From: Psammoneis japonica
Taxonomy: Eukaryota
Assembly: GCA_008632985.1 (NCBI GenBank)
Contig: QPGO01000024.1
Coordinates: forward strand, 372,001 to 436,000
Reading direction: 5' to 3'
Length of the DNA: 64,000 nucleotides
Shown: positions 33,664 to 46,900 of the stretch, in pieces
How the letters are laid out: every line of letters begins with the position of its first letter
Position numbering within the stretch: position 1 is the stretch's first letter
Notes under the pieces: model-generated
Told to the model about the DNA's origin: nothing
The model's database searches: none
What the model saw: only the letters and a program-made list of their open reading frames with translations
Translations under genes and position numbers: made by a program

Positions 33664-35768
33664 CTACTTTTTCTGCTGTTTCGCTAGCCTAAGTGTTCTC
33701 TCTCGTATTCTCTCTTTTGCTGACTTCTTATCCTTCTTCTGAGCCGCAGCCTTTCTCTGCTGTTCAGCCAGCTCTTTCGCTTCCGCTTCTTCGTCCTCCT
33801 TGCATCGAACGCAAAGTCTGCTAACATTGGTGTTACGATCTACATAGCATGGTACATCAGGAGGTTGGAGCTTGGGAGGCGGCTGCTCGGGAGGAGGTGG
33901 AGACCACCACGAAGGGGGAGGCACATAGCGTTTGGAGATATGCTTGCACACCATCTCGACGTAGTCAAGGAGCGCAGACCGCGCAACGTACTTCTCGTAG
34001 AACCTCTTCGCGTTCTCTCCAATCTTACGGCACTTTTCATCATTGTTACGGCACCAACGGATCTTCTCTTCAAGATCAGATAAGTCAGCCTTGACTGGAA
34101 CGTGATCGACAAATGGTTTCAGCAAATCAAAATACCACATTCGATCGGCTACCTGGCGCGGAGCCACTTTCAGGATGACAGATCCCAATCTCATCATGAA
34201 GCCATAACGACAAGCAGCGCAGTGACCGTCAACATACACGAGATATTTGTATTTCGACTGCTCATAAATGGGCGTAAAGTGATGACGGCCAGCAGTAAAT
34301 TCGAAGTCGCTCTGTCGCAAAAATGTCATGGGAGTATTCGATTCTTTCTTGTCTCTCAAGTTCCAGCCGACAATAGCGGCATCCAGGAAAGTTCGTCTCC
34401 ACCCTTTTCCTCGTCATCTTTCCACTTATGGCTAAGGTAAGCTACTTTGAGTCGCTGGTTGTTCTCGATAGTTGTACCTCCGCCCGTCGCGGTGCCACGA
34501 AAAAACGCAGTCGCAACTCGTCCATCATCCCATTTTCTTTCGAATTTGCGAAAGTTTGCTTCGGTGAACAAGTCACGAGGACTTTAACAGTACAGCAACA
34601 AAAAGTGAGCACAGGCTATCAGGCCTCCTCAAAGCAAAACATCAAGGAAAACTTACTTGGATCCAAATGCCACATTGCCCAATTCATCCCGTTCATGAAT
34701 AAAGGTTTGGGGAAAGACTAGACCACAGGCTGCTTCCCAATCTTCTGACGATGGCCACGGTATGTCCGAGAAACGCCTTGGCGATGCTGCATAAAAGCTA
34801 ACAATTGGTGCATAGGTTAAGAACTTGTGTTCGTCGACCAAATCAACATCTTGTTCGGGGTCACGATCATCCTTGTCAAATATAAAGCCATATGGCTCCA
34901 CTGGAATTCCTCCCCGAGGAATATTGACCTTCAGTTGAGGGTAATCGCGTTTGTTGAGGAAGAACTCGCAGTCCGGCATTTCTCGTTCGCGACAGGCTTC
35001 GCCCAACATATCGCGGAGCGGTGCTAGGAAGTGATCGCCCCAGTACTGCATCTTGTCTTTGTCTTCCTCCTTGGTAAGCTCATTACAAATAATGTTCCCG
35101 TTCGCCCACCATTTTGACTTGTCCTTTTCGACGTTTTCTTCTCGGTATAGGCCCGACTTTTTGGTGTAATAAGAATCGATCGACCCGTCGCCCTCGAGTG
35201 TAAGATGATCACCCCACGTGTTACGATAGTCGGAATTGACGAATGGGCAAAATATGCGTAGCTTTCCGTCTCGTATCATGACGTAAATACCACACTTCAT
35301 GTGAAAGAATAGATACTTGAGCGTATTGATAGTAGAAGCCGGTGTCGTGCTCCTATGAATGGGTAAATCCAAACGGAAGGAGACATCCCGAATGATATTG
35401 TATGCATCATCTTGCTCGTAGACATTGGAGGAGGATGTATCCTGCTGCACGTCTGGCCTCAAGTAGTCCTGAGGAACCTTCTTGGCGCACGAGGGCTCCT
35501 TTCGAGCCTTGGCAATGTTTGGCAGAAGAATTTCTTCGATCTGTTTCCAGGACACCAACATGGTAAAGATGTGCATTAGCTGAGGATAGTCGGGGTTGGA
35601 TCCGCCATTGTACTGGTTGTAGTCTTTCATGAACTCCAGACACTCCTGCTTGGATTCAAATCGAGGAACGCCATTCGGGAATTTTCCGACAGCATCTAAC
35701 CAATTCAGTGAGTCTCCTTTGCCACCAAACAGACCACGAAATTCAGGCGGTGGATTCGCAGCACTCAT
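33664..35768 (-). CDS. Glycosyltransferase family 90 (CAP10/KDELC-like); intron 34582-34656; 1-nt deletion at ~34388
   Basis: PDCEFFLNKRDYP, SDIPWP, AFFRGTATG, KYKYLVYVDG, WYFDLLKPFVDHVPV, DLEEKIRW; no obvious signal peptide. Confidence 0.8.
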
Positions 35769-37669
35769 AGTTTTGTTTTAATGTATATGCAAGCGTCGAA
35801 TGTGGTGGTATTGTTGAGGGATGAGGCGAACGACGGAAGGCGAACTAGAACGGCGTTATACTGCTAGCAACCAAACCTGGTGCTTTGGTTTTACCGGCAG
35901 TATGGTCTTCGAGTGTATGGTAGCTTTTGAGTGTCTTCGGTCTGTGTATTGGTACCGGTATGTGTGTTTGCTTCACCAGTTTATTGTCCGTGTTGAGTGT
36001 ATTCATGCTCATGGTGCCATGTGCGCCGCCGCGCGCGTTTGAGTCTGTTGTGAGCGCAGGAGCTGATGTGAGCTGTGAGTTTCAAGTTGCGTGATGTGTG
36101 TGTTGTGTGGCCAACGTTGGCCATTAAATATTGGGCGATCCTTACAATGTAGTTTTCCCGGCGATGTCAGTGTCATCTTGCAGATTCAGGCAGAAAGAGT
36201 AGAGTCTTGTTATTCGTTTGACTTACTATGTACCGGTACGCTAGAGAAAAGAACGTGCAGCCGTTCCTCTACCTCCTACCCTTCAACCTTCAGTGAGTTT
36301 CTCTCGTACTGTCTGTCTGCAATGTACCGGTACTCAAACCTGCTATGGCACTATTACTGTGCATGCTGCAAACCGAGATGAACGTGAAGACCACTCCAAC
36401 ATGATGTGATTAGCTCATGAGCGCTATATCAAATAAACTTCTGATTCGTCAAGTCAACCCATTAGCGCTGTTTTGCGTTGTCGTCGTCCTGGTTCATCCA
36501 TTCTCTGACATCTAACACGTTTCGTTCGCCGATCTCTCCATGCCTAGCAGCGTATTTGCGCACAAGAAGCATGGCTCATGATGTGAATAAAGGTATTGTA
36601 AAACTTTCCAACAGGCAACAGGTGAGTTGCTATGCTGCGACTTGATCTCGTGGCTCGCGGAGTAGCTCCAACGCTCCGTCATCTGGTTTTGAAAGGACGA
36701 AATGAGAAGGATTCGGATTCCCCTTCTTGATGCTGTTCTTGTTCATCGACAGTGCAGTGATATGATGATTCACATCTCGATTATTCTGATCAAAACCCTT
36801 GTGAGCATGAGAATGAAGATGCGATATTAAAGCTTTGGACCGAAGCAAACTTGAGGGTGCGAAGGGGTGCATGCGTTTCGATGTATTATCGTACTCATTT
36901 CTCCTTCCCCCGTTTTGCGGTGATGGGCCTTGTCATAGTTACACTGACTCATGTTGCGTTGTGCTTCCCTGCTTCCCTATTGACGTTCTGTCGTCACTTT
37001 TCAAGTGTACCTCATAATGCCTCGAGTTCGTTTCTTCGCCTACTTCTTTCCATCGTGCAGTCACATCCATCAAAACAACAAGTGCATACCAGTACGGTGA
37101 GTTCCGATACAGCCAGTGTAAAAAAACGCAGGAAATGTTCATATCGAAATGATTTACCTCCTTGAGTGGATGCCGCCCCAGTCTGATGGACCAGTGAAGA
37201 GAAACATTCAAGTAAATTTATTCCATGATCGTTGAACTTGTCTTGATTCTTGACTCCGATTTGTGACAATTATGATGTTTTCGTTGCCTTACACGTCTCT
37301 GTCCCATTCCTTCTATGGCCCTAGGTCCAACAGCACACTCTTTCTGCATGTACAAATTCCCAGGGTTTCTTCAAGAGGTAAGGCGCGCTCGCTCGAGTTT
37401 CGTGTCGGCGTATCGTTGCCCTGAAAGCCTTGTCGCCCGTAATGACGATACCTTACCCAGCTCACTACGAGTCAAAATGGCAATGTAGAAAATTTTTGTT
37501 TTCCTGTTTATTTCTTATCTGAACGAACGCAAGGCCTGGGTGTTGGCTGTCAGTCATCTTTCTTTTAAAATTTATTCTCGTATCTTCTCCAACACCCTTT
37601 TTCCGCTCTCCTGCAGAATACACTACAACGTTGACTGTTCTGATGTAATTTTTTGAAGATTACAGCCTG

Positions 37670-38887
37670 CTACCACTCTCCTTTCCGTAGGTCGACCATA
37701 TTTGTGCAACCGTTGCACAAGGGGTCTAGAACGTTTTTTCTTAGCTCATTCATCAGACGACTCCAGTTGCTCCCCGTTGTTAAGACAAAATCATCCGCTT
37801 CCATCGCTAACAAGAGAGAACCAAGAGCGACTAAACCCGCTCTACCTTTTGTTTGCTTTGACGTTCGCTGCCCTTGGTTATAAACATCTTCAGTCTCTCG
37901 AAACTCCAACATGTCGACGTAGTACTGATCAACGTACACCTTCCAGTTTGGAGGAGCTTTCGCTTTCAACTCCTCCACCGCCTTTGGGTCCTCAGTTGCC
38001 AAGTAGATAGAAACCGGGTTGTCATTTGTACGATTGCCTCTTCTCTGTAGAATGGTGTGCACTGCTTCGATATACTTTTCCATTGATACCAGCTTCATCT
38101 CCTTCTTTTTATCTCCCCACCTCACGTGGAGAGTGATAAGTTGTTGTGGTACTCCATTCGGAAAAACAAGTTTGAGTTGCCGTTCGGCTTCTCGGATAAC
38201 CAGAGACGAAACGCTCTGGAACATGAACTCCAGCCCAGCTGCACGAACGTGCGGAATATCGAATTCTTTCAAAATGCTGTCACATGAGATATGAATGCTA
38301 TGTCTCGTTGGATGGCTTAGGTGCTGATCAATCGATCCATCTGTAATAGCAACATGATCATCCTTACACTTTAGCTCAGACTCGGGAAAGTAGCAAAGCA
38401 TGGAGGAATAGTTCGCGGTACGTGAATCGCAAGCCATCTCGTCTAGCCAGATCCACGGTGAAATTGAGCGAACTCGAAGTCTGTTCTCCATGCCGTTGCA
38501 TAAAGCCTGGGTCCAAAGATGGAGGTCTGATCCCAGTCCGTAGCGGTTTCGGTACCCAAAATTGGCCAATGGTAATGAGCAGTTTGACTGATGCAATGCC
38601 ATTCGTCGTGCCAATTCTGATTGAGGCGGCATGTGTTCCCAGTTGTATCGCAAAAGGCCTTCTGGTTCTGCTTTCTTTCGAGCAGCCTTAACCCTGGGCG
38701 CGGGCGGTGCCGATGCTTCATGAAACGATGCATAATAACTACTGGTGTCGGTTTGGGCCAAACGAAGGTTGACCCATGAAATGAACAAAGTGGACGTTAC
38801 AATAAGAACCAACAAAAGATAGCGAAAGCTCAACCGACGGTCGGCTTGTTGGCGCGGCATACAATAACGGTGAGCCTCAATCATCAT
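37670..38887 (-). CDS. Type II membrane fucosyltransferase-like protein (GT23/GT11-like fold)
   Basis: N-terminal TM; GLGSDL, ITLHVRWGDK, IYLATED, FVLTTGSNWSRL. Confidence 0.78.
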   Translation of the reverse strand: MMIEAHRYCMPRQQADRRLSFRYLLLVLIVTSTLFISWVNLRLAQTDTSSYYASFHEASAPPAPRVKAARKKAEPEGLLRYNWEHMPPQSELARRMALHQSNCSLPLANFGYRNRYGLGSDLHLWTQALCNGMENRLRVRSISPWIWLDEMACDSRTANYSSMLCYFPESELKCKDDHVAITDGSIDQHLSHPTRHSIHISCDSILKEFDIPHVRAAGLEFMFQSVSSLVIREAERQLKLVFPNGVPQQLITLHVRWGDKKKEMKLVSMEKYIEAVHTILQRRGNRTNDNPVSIYLATEDPKAVEELKAKAPPNWKVYVDQYYVDMLEFRETEDVYNQGQRTSKQTKGRAGLVALGSLLLAMEADDFVLTTGSNWSRLMNELRKNVLDPLCNGCTNMVDLRKGEW

Positions 38888-39347
38888 ACTCGGAGTAGGA
38901 TTGACGAGAACGTGCCGTCACTGCTCTTTGCGTGATGATGAATGATGATTGATGTCTGAATGCATGCTGGATAATGTGGTGCCGGTAGATGGTACAGTAG
39001 GACACTAGGGCCCTACCGGTAGACTCTAGATAGACGAAAGGTCCGTCGTGAAAAGAGCCCGTCGACATACACTTTTCTTCTAAAAATGCAGACATGAATT
39101 TGTTCATTGTAGGGTACAGTATTATGTTAACGTCAAATTTATATATAGAAATACGGCTCCTAAGTGATTGTAAATGCTTATTCAAATTTGAAAAAGAAAC
39201 ATATGTACGACTGTAATAGCAAAACTGTATCATAGTACTGATAGTTGTATGACCACTAATAACACTTCTCTCCTTAGAGCTACTGTAGTCAGCCCAAAAA
39301 TCAAATGGTTGCATCTCTAGAGGGACTATTCAGACTTGCTACAGTAG

Positions 39348-42300
39348 CTAGCCTGCCGGTGCTTGCAATGTCCAATGAGGTTCGACACGTGGTTCAACAT
39401 CGTGCAAAAAGTTCACGACACGACCATATCCTCGTGGCTGCTCATCGCGTAATATTCGCTTCAAACCCTTGTTGAAAGACATGAAACTGGTCTCAAACGC
39501 ACTCGCCAAATCAACGCTATCCTTGTAAGTGAAGAGATTGATGTCGATGTGCGCCCTTCCGTCCCACAGAACGACAACATCCCCTCCATCCAGAAAGCCG
39601 AAAACACGGATCCTTCGCCAAGACTGGTAAATTCCTCCACCACTGCGTCCGCCGCACCCTCAGATTCAATCGCTCCAAGTGCGTTCTGTACACCCCCCTT
39701 TACTTGATCTGACGTGACCGACCCCGAAGAACGCTGAAGCTCAATCTGAAAAACAGTTTGAAGTCCAAGAGGTTGTTGTGACTTCCACTGCTTCAACGGT
39801 GCAGTTTGGTCGTAATCGGATGGCTTGAAAAATTGAGTGGGTGTGAACAAGTCTTGGAACGTCCAGAGGCCGCCTTGAATCTCCCGTACGTCTGATTCCA
39901 GACCGGTCCGACTTTCAATCTCAGCAACAACGGCGTTAAGATGCTCAATAAAAAGAATATCTCCGGAGGATACAACCCCCATCTCCATACTGCTATCAGA
40001 GCTGTTGAAGAGAACCTGAAAAAAGAAAGAAACTGCTGTGAGCACCTGCAAAATGTCAAATGTTGCCGATTGAGCTAAGTGATACTCACTTCTGATCTAA
40101 AAACCGGCTCCCAACGTACTACATCCCTACGAAACCTCTCCAAGAAATTCCTCCTCCAAGTTTCATTGCTGTTGGTCGTCGTCGCCAAAACCATCACGTC
40201 CGAAGCTAAAAAGCGCTGCTTATTCATCTGGCTGGAGAAGATGGAGTGCATAATTTGAACCATCGAGAATGAGGCGATGGGATCAATGACAAGAACTCGG
40301 ACTTTCTTTTCTTCGGTCATTGCTCCCTTGAGCTTCTTCAGGGTAGCCTTTTCACACTCAAACTGAAGCCCGGCATTGCTCTCGACGTCTGGGCAACTCC
40401 ACAGAGCAATCACGTTTCGAACTTTGCTGATCTTTTTCATCCTGTCGAGATGACTGCATGGGTCTGATGCCTTTCCACAGACAACTACTGCAAGGATACC
40501 TTCGTCGTGGACAAGAGCCATACTCTCGTCTACCACCGTATCAATGGCGGCCTGTTCGGTAGGAATGCTTCGCTTGGTCTCGTCCATAGGATCGCACAAT
40601 TGCGTAACGCGAGGACCACGATTCTTCTCGTCTTCTTTCCATGTACTCACTCCGAACATTCCTCCTGCAACAATGCGGTACGATGACGAGGACACGATGT
40701 TTGCTTTAAACGTGTTGATCAACGCCTTTTTTATGTCTTCATGCTTCTCGAAAGCACTCCACAGATGAATATCAAAAGCACAGTAGTGATTGTCAGGCCA
40801 AGTGCGGGCGACTACATAGCCTTCCTGCAAAACCACAACGGCCATGCCTTTTTCGCCGTCGGGTTCGTGTAAAACAATAGAAACGACATGGAGCTTCGCC
40901 CCGTTGAGCGCCTTCGTCAGCAACTCCTTAACCTTGCTCGGGGGACGAAGAGGAGCACTAACATCTTCAGCCTCGACGATCATAATAATACCCGGGCTGT
41001 TCTCTTGTGTCTCCGGCTCTTTGATCTGTTCTTCTTTTTCGTTACAATACTTTCGAATGTCACGCTTTCGAAAATCATGGACGACTTCGTACCTATCGGA
41101 TATTTCATCGAGCGGCTTGACAAACAGGGTTTCTACATTGTGTTCTGTGAGTTCGCGATGTAAAAAGTTGACCTTGTTACTTCCCAATATTAAGCATTGG
41201 GAGCACACGACCGGGCAATCATAAAAATGTATTTGATATGTGTAGTCGAAGATCTCGCTCAATTTCTCGAGGTACATTTCGTTCTTCACGAAAATTCCTT
41301 CAGGCTTGAGAAGAAGAGACAGTGCTTCCAACACGTCCAGCTCTTCTGTGACTTTGAAGGACACTGAGAGACGAACAACAAACAAGGTGAGATTTGCAAA
41401 GCATTGCAGAGAACCAGACAGAAAAGAGCAATAGAACGTACTGACTGTCTCGGACAAATCCACCAGAACCAGGTCGAAAGAGCCAAAATATTCTTCTGGG
41501 AGCATGAGAAGGCTCTTTGTGGCATCCCCGTACCACCATTGAATATTGTCGTTATCGTAGCGAGGCTCCGTGCCAAAGTGCTTGAAACTGTTCCTTGTCA
41601 CCTTCTGGTCCAACTCAAGTCCAACCGCAAGCTCGAGGTTGGGGTATTTGACAATTTCGTGCAACAGCATGGAATCGCCTCCACCTACCCATACGACCCT
41701 TCGTATGTCCTTGAGGAAACGCGCCGTATTGTGAACCACCATCTCGTGATAATGAGGACGATAGCTGCTGCAAATCTGTACAATTCCGTCCAAGCGGAAA
41801 CACGTATCCAGGGTTTCGGGAGATTGAAAAAAGAACATATCTTGGTATGGTGAATATGGTCTATCAATGATTTCGTACCCGGTAAACGCAAACGTGCGGT
41901 CAACATCACAGGTTTCCGAGTCACGAGTAACGTGATCCTCTTGTTCTTCCAGCTCATCGTATCGCTGATAAAAAGCTGAGCAAGTGCCATCCTCTTGGTT
42001 GCAAACTTCGCTTGAGTCACCCGCCACGGCCTTTACGGCATGCGTCATTGCGACTACCAGCGCTTCGTGATACTGCCGTATCACATCACCCTCGTTCTTG
42101 GGAATTGCATCATTCGGCGGATCTAACTCAAGTTCTTTGATATGCTGCAGACGTTGGAGCTGCTCTTGAAGATAAGTGAGAATGTTATTGACATTCCCTG
42201 CTGCATAATACGGCATGGACTGCTGGGACTCTCCATTGACCAGAAACGAAAAGTTGAGTTCACCAGTTCCCGAGCCGTCCTCGGTGTAGACTTCATCAAT

Positions 42301-43368
42301 CTCAAACCCCAAACCGATTGCATCAAAGAACCACCGTTGCGGATACTGTTCAACGAATCCATAGTCTCGAAGAATTTCGGGGGTGCCGTAATGACTCTTT
42401 CTACCTCCACAGTCATTGCACATATTGTACGACATGTAAATCTCTTCTCCAGTTGTGATTTTGCGGGACGCTTTGACCTCAACGGTTCCCCCATTGGCAA
42501 AAACATCACTGTTGAGCCAGCGTCCATTGCGATGGCTTATCATGTCATATACAGGGACGAGGACGTCATCCCAGCCGCGTTGAACAACCATTAAGGCGGC
42601 GTTCTCGTCGAAAGGATCGTGTTTCCCCTTACAAGTAGTGTAGAATGCTTCATCCAACCACACGACAGCCGACTCGGGGGGAAGAATGTTTCGATGACTG
42701 TCAGGAATAAGCCCATCTGATAATTCTCGATCGCGCCGCCCCAATATCTCCATGAGAAGCGCTTTTCCGGCGTCAGACCACGCACTCGGCAACTGCCCAT
42801 ACTCCTGCGTCAAGAGGTAGTTCACGTATGCAGAATAGACCGAGTCGTTTCCCAGCTTCATTTCTCTAATTAGATTCTCAACCGTCAAACAGTCCATTGC
42901 ACCACTTTTTCGATGCGGTGGGCGAATTCGATGCGGCTCTACATTGTCCTCGACATCGCTGTCGTCGTATTCAACAAAGAAAGTGCCGTCCGGGTTTTCG
43001 GCTTGCACAGTTCCTGGATACCAATCTCCTTCGCCTAAGTAGTTGGCTTCGATATGGTCTCCGACTTGAATATGACATTCTGACTTTTTCTCTTTTATCG
43101 TATCTGAGTGAATAAGACATTCACGAGGAACAGAAAAGAGTATTTCGCTCTCCTCGATGTCGCCCTTTGCGAAGATGCCGAGTCTTGAAGATTTCTGCGT
43201 AGAAGTAGGATCGACCGTCCTGATCTCGAGCTTCGAGCTGAACGTTCCACCTTTGGAACGCAACCAATCTACTAGTTCTGTTACATGGTTCACCGATGCA
43301 CCGGAAGTCAAGGCAGGGACGGCCACCACCGATGTGAGCCAACAATGCCATACTCGTCGACCCGTCAT
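39348..43368 (-). CDS. Signal peptide + SET (Tudor insert) + spermidine-synthase-like aminopropyltransferase + AdoMetDC-like multidomain fusion; introns 41364-41441 and 40016-40089; 1-nt deletion at ~39588
   Basis: LGIFAKGDI, Tudor VGDHIEANY..WYPGTV..VEYDD, SET VPVYDMISH..EEIYMSY, HYHEMVVH and VVWVGGGD, GYVVARTWP..CAFDI; restored tail DEQPRGYGRVVNF. Confidence 0.85.
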
Positions 43369-43931
43369 TGTCTTGATTTGACTGTGGCGGATACTCTTTC
43401 ATTCGAATGCATGCAGCATGACCATCTACAGCATGAATATTGTTTATGATAGGGCACCACTGTACGTAAAAGAATACATACATACCGGTACAGGTATAGC
43501 CTACTCCCCATCGTTTATCGCAAGGATTTTTCCAGTCGTGAAACGAACCTGGCGACACCCTGACTACGACCTGACGACACCCCTGACGACATTCGATATC
43601 GCGTGTTTTTGCGCGATAGATGTCACAGTTGGTCACAGACGGTCACTCGAAAGTCACGGTCGTGAAGGTCAGAATTTTTTGGAACTTGAACGATGAGAAG
43701 TGCATTTTTAAAATGTTGTTTATCAAGTACTTAATAAAATAAAACCTGGCAGCCTCGCCCGAAAGGCGCCACTGCTACAGTGTGATACTGGTTGTACAGT
43801 ATGTACCGTACAGTACGTAGACGAAGTTTTGTTTGAATGAAAGCAATGACAAACAACGGGACAACCGAACCAACAACACACAACGCCAAAGCATACAAGT
43901 ACGGTAGCAGAGCGGAGAGCGGAGAGCGACC

Positions 43932-46900
43932 ATGCCAACAGAAGATAACCCAAGATCCCAAGAGAAGCAGGAGCGGGAGAGTATTTTGCAAGAGGAACGC
44001 CGAGAACGTGAAAGGCTGGAGAAGGAGGAGGAAGCGATGCGCAAACGGGAGCAAAACAGGATCTACAAGCAACGCAGTCGGCAGAACCCAGAGCAGGTCG
44101 AGCGGGAGAAAGTCGCTCGAATCGCCCGTCGAGAACGTAAAAAGCTGGAGAAGCAGGAGATGCAGGAGAAGCAGGAACGCCAACGAGAGCAAAACCGGTT
44201 GCGCAAACAGAGGAGTCGAGAACGGCAGCGCGAGGCATCAGTCATGGCCGACGGCAACGACGCCACGACCAACGGCAACACGCAGCGCAACGTGAACACG
44301 GGTGTTGCTCGAGCACCCCGACACAGTCCTGGTGATGAAGAAGTAAGTGATCGAAGATGGAAGAAAGTATCATTCCCCACACACGAACGCTCACATCATT
44401 ATTATTTCACTCTTCTTGCACTTCTGTTCGTCAACACACAGCATCAACCGATCAACAGCGGGGGCGACAACACCCAACGCCCAGTCAGTGCCGCCCGGGC
44501 CGCTACAGTTCTACGAGTTCCCGATCTACGAGTTACTCCGACGATACAAGAAGTCCTTTCTCATGGATGCTCCTCTTCCAATGTTGCGGACTTTGCTCGC
44601 CACTATGGTCAGATGGAGATGCAAGGCAATATGTATGAGCGACTGCTTGCAAGTAAGGACGAGGCAGCCAAAGCAAAGGACGAGGCAGCCAAAGAAAAGG
44701 ATGAGGCAGCAAAAGCAAAGCACGAGTTGCAAGGCAATATGTATGAGCGACTGCTTGCAAGTAAGGACGAGGCAGCCAAAAAAAGAAAAAAAAAAGCAAG
44801 CAAATGTAGAGCGACTGCTTGCAAGTAAGGACGAGGCAGCCAAAGCAAAGGACGAGGCAGCCAAAGCAAAGGACGAGGCAGCCAAAGCAAAGGACGAGGC
44901 AGCCAAAGCAAAAGATGACCACATCAACACGCTCAAGGAGCAGCGAAATGTGACGGAGGATGGTGGCGGCAATAAGGGTGGTTCCAATAGCAACAACGCC
45001 GGTAGTGGGACGCCCGAGTACTATCGTCGAATCGAGGGAAAGCTTGACGACGTGCGCACTATGCAGGGCCGACAGGGCCAGCAGCTGAGCGAACAGGTCA
45101 CGGGTTTGGGCGAACAAGTGTCGCAACAAACGAAAACCGTTCTGCAGTCCATGCAGCGTCCCGGTCCCTCGAGCAATCCGTCTCGTACCCCTGTGTCTCC
45201 TGGCGTAGGCAAGACGTTGGATCATATTTTCGCACAAGAAGACCCCCTGGAGAACGACCAGCGCAAAGTTTGCGAAGACTCCACCTCGTGGGACACAACC
45301 GAGCAAAATACGGCTAAGATCCAACACCGCGTCAAACTCATGGAGCAGCTTCGTAATGAGGGTTTCGTAGCTCCCCGGGAAGTCAAAATTCCTATCAAGG
45401 ACCTCGTTGAGGAGGAACTTGATCTAAAAGGTTTACTCCAGAAGATCAGCAAGGCAGTGGTTCGTACGTCCGATAACTGCTTGATGTTGCTCTTGGATCC
45501 CGATGACCTTCCCGGTGTAGAAAAACTTGCGGTTCCCTCCGATCACTACGACTACTACGAGTACGTTGACAAAATAATTGCTACGTACTTCCCCGCATCT
45601 GGTTTTGCATGCGAGTACAGCCTGGAGGCCAAGGTTGTTCTCGGTGATGCCAAGCACGAAGTAGATGTCACTGTCGCGGCTACTGGTGAGGAAGCAGCTA
45701 CGGCTACCGTACAAACGATTTGTGAGATATTTGGACGTACACGCGATGTCCAGGCATTCAGCGTGGAGGGCCCCCACTCCGAATCACGCCCATTCCTCAA
45801 GGGCAGCTTGCATTTTTTGAAGCAGATAGCCATCGGTTTGAAGAAAGAAAAACGCAACATGGTGGTGAAACTTGCCAAGTTCAGATTTTGGCACGAACAG
45901 GTTGACGCTCTGCTGGCTCTTGCTGACGACGGTCTGACAGTTGAGTTTCCCAATTGTGTTTCGAGGACGGCGAAGAAATTCCTCACACGGAGGAGGAGCA
46001 CTCACATATGAAAGAGGAGGACGACTCGCAGTCAGACGACGACAGCCCGCTGGTGGATCTTTGGGCACAGTGCAGCCTTGGCCAGAACAAACGCCGCTGC
46101 ATCGGCTGCAAGTTGGAGATTGACGAAGACCCTCCGTGTAAATATTGCAACTGCCTGTGCAAAGAAGATGCCGACAACCTAGACTGCCCTGCCCATTTCA
46201 AACAGTGTTGTGAGTGTTCGGAGCGGGTTGTGGCGGACTCCAATGCCTGTGATCGTTGTGGCTGCAAACTGTTTGACAAGCTTCTTGCGGCTGCAGCGGC
46301 TGCAGATGGTCGGCCCAGCGCCAAAGGCGATGCAGTCAACGCGGTTGGTGCTGGATCAGCTCCAGCGGGAAAAGGCAAGGAGGTCGTCAAAAGCCCAATG
46401 TTTGCCGGCAAGGGTGTCACTACTGTCGCCTCAAATGGGAGTTCTTTCTCCTTCGGTTTTGCAGCCCCTGCTTCAGATTCCACCCAAGGCTTGGAAGCCG
46501 AAGCGGCGGCTCCTACAGCAGCAAGCAAGGAAAGCTCCAAGACCTCAGCCGCCAGCCGCCAGGCTGCCACCAACAGTTTCTCCTTTGGTTTTGCAGCCCC
46601 TGATTCCGAGTCCGCCCAAGGCTCGGAAGCCGAAGCGGCGGCTCCTACAGCAGCAAGCAAGGAAAGCTCCAAGACCTCAGCCGCCAGGCTGCCACCAACA
46701 GTTTCTCCTTTGGTTTTGCAGCCCCTGATTCCGAGTCCGCCCAAGGCTCGGAAGCCGAAGCGGCGGCTCTGGCAGCAGCAAGCAAGGAAAACTCCCAGAC
46801 TTCAGCTGCCACCAACAGGCAACCAACTCGCCGAGTCAAAGGCCGCACTGCTGCACGCGCAGCCTCACTTCAGATGCCTGTTCGCCGAGTCACCACTCGC

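Noticed and set aside
36400..37400. Possible decayed minus-strand gene (also 58400-59360)
   Set aside because: Short coding-like ORFs but no motif I can identify
28110..39600. Frameshifts in malic enzyme (~28119), plastid protein (~30195), ECI1 (~32163), GT90 (~34388) and the SET fusion (~39588) as pseudogenes or programmed frameshifting
   Set aside because: Each is a single missing base in a 2-4 nt homopolymer in an otherwise intact gene, the typical long-read consensus error; polishing would settle it
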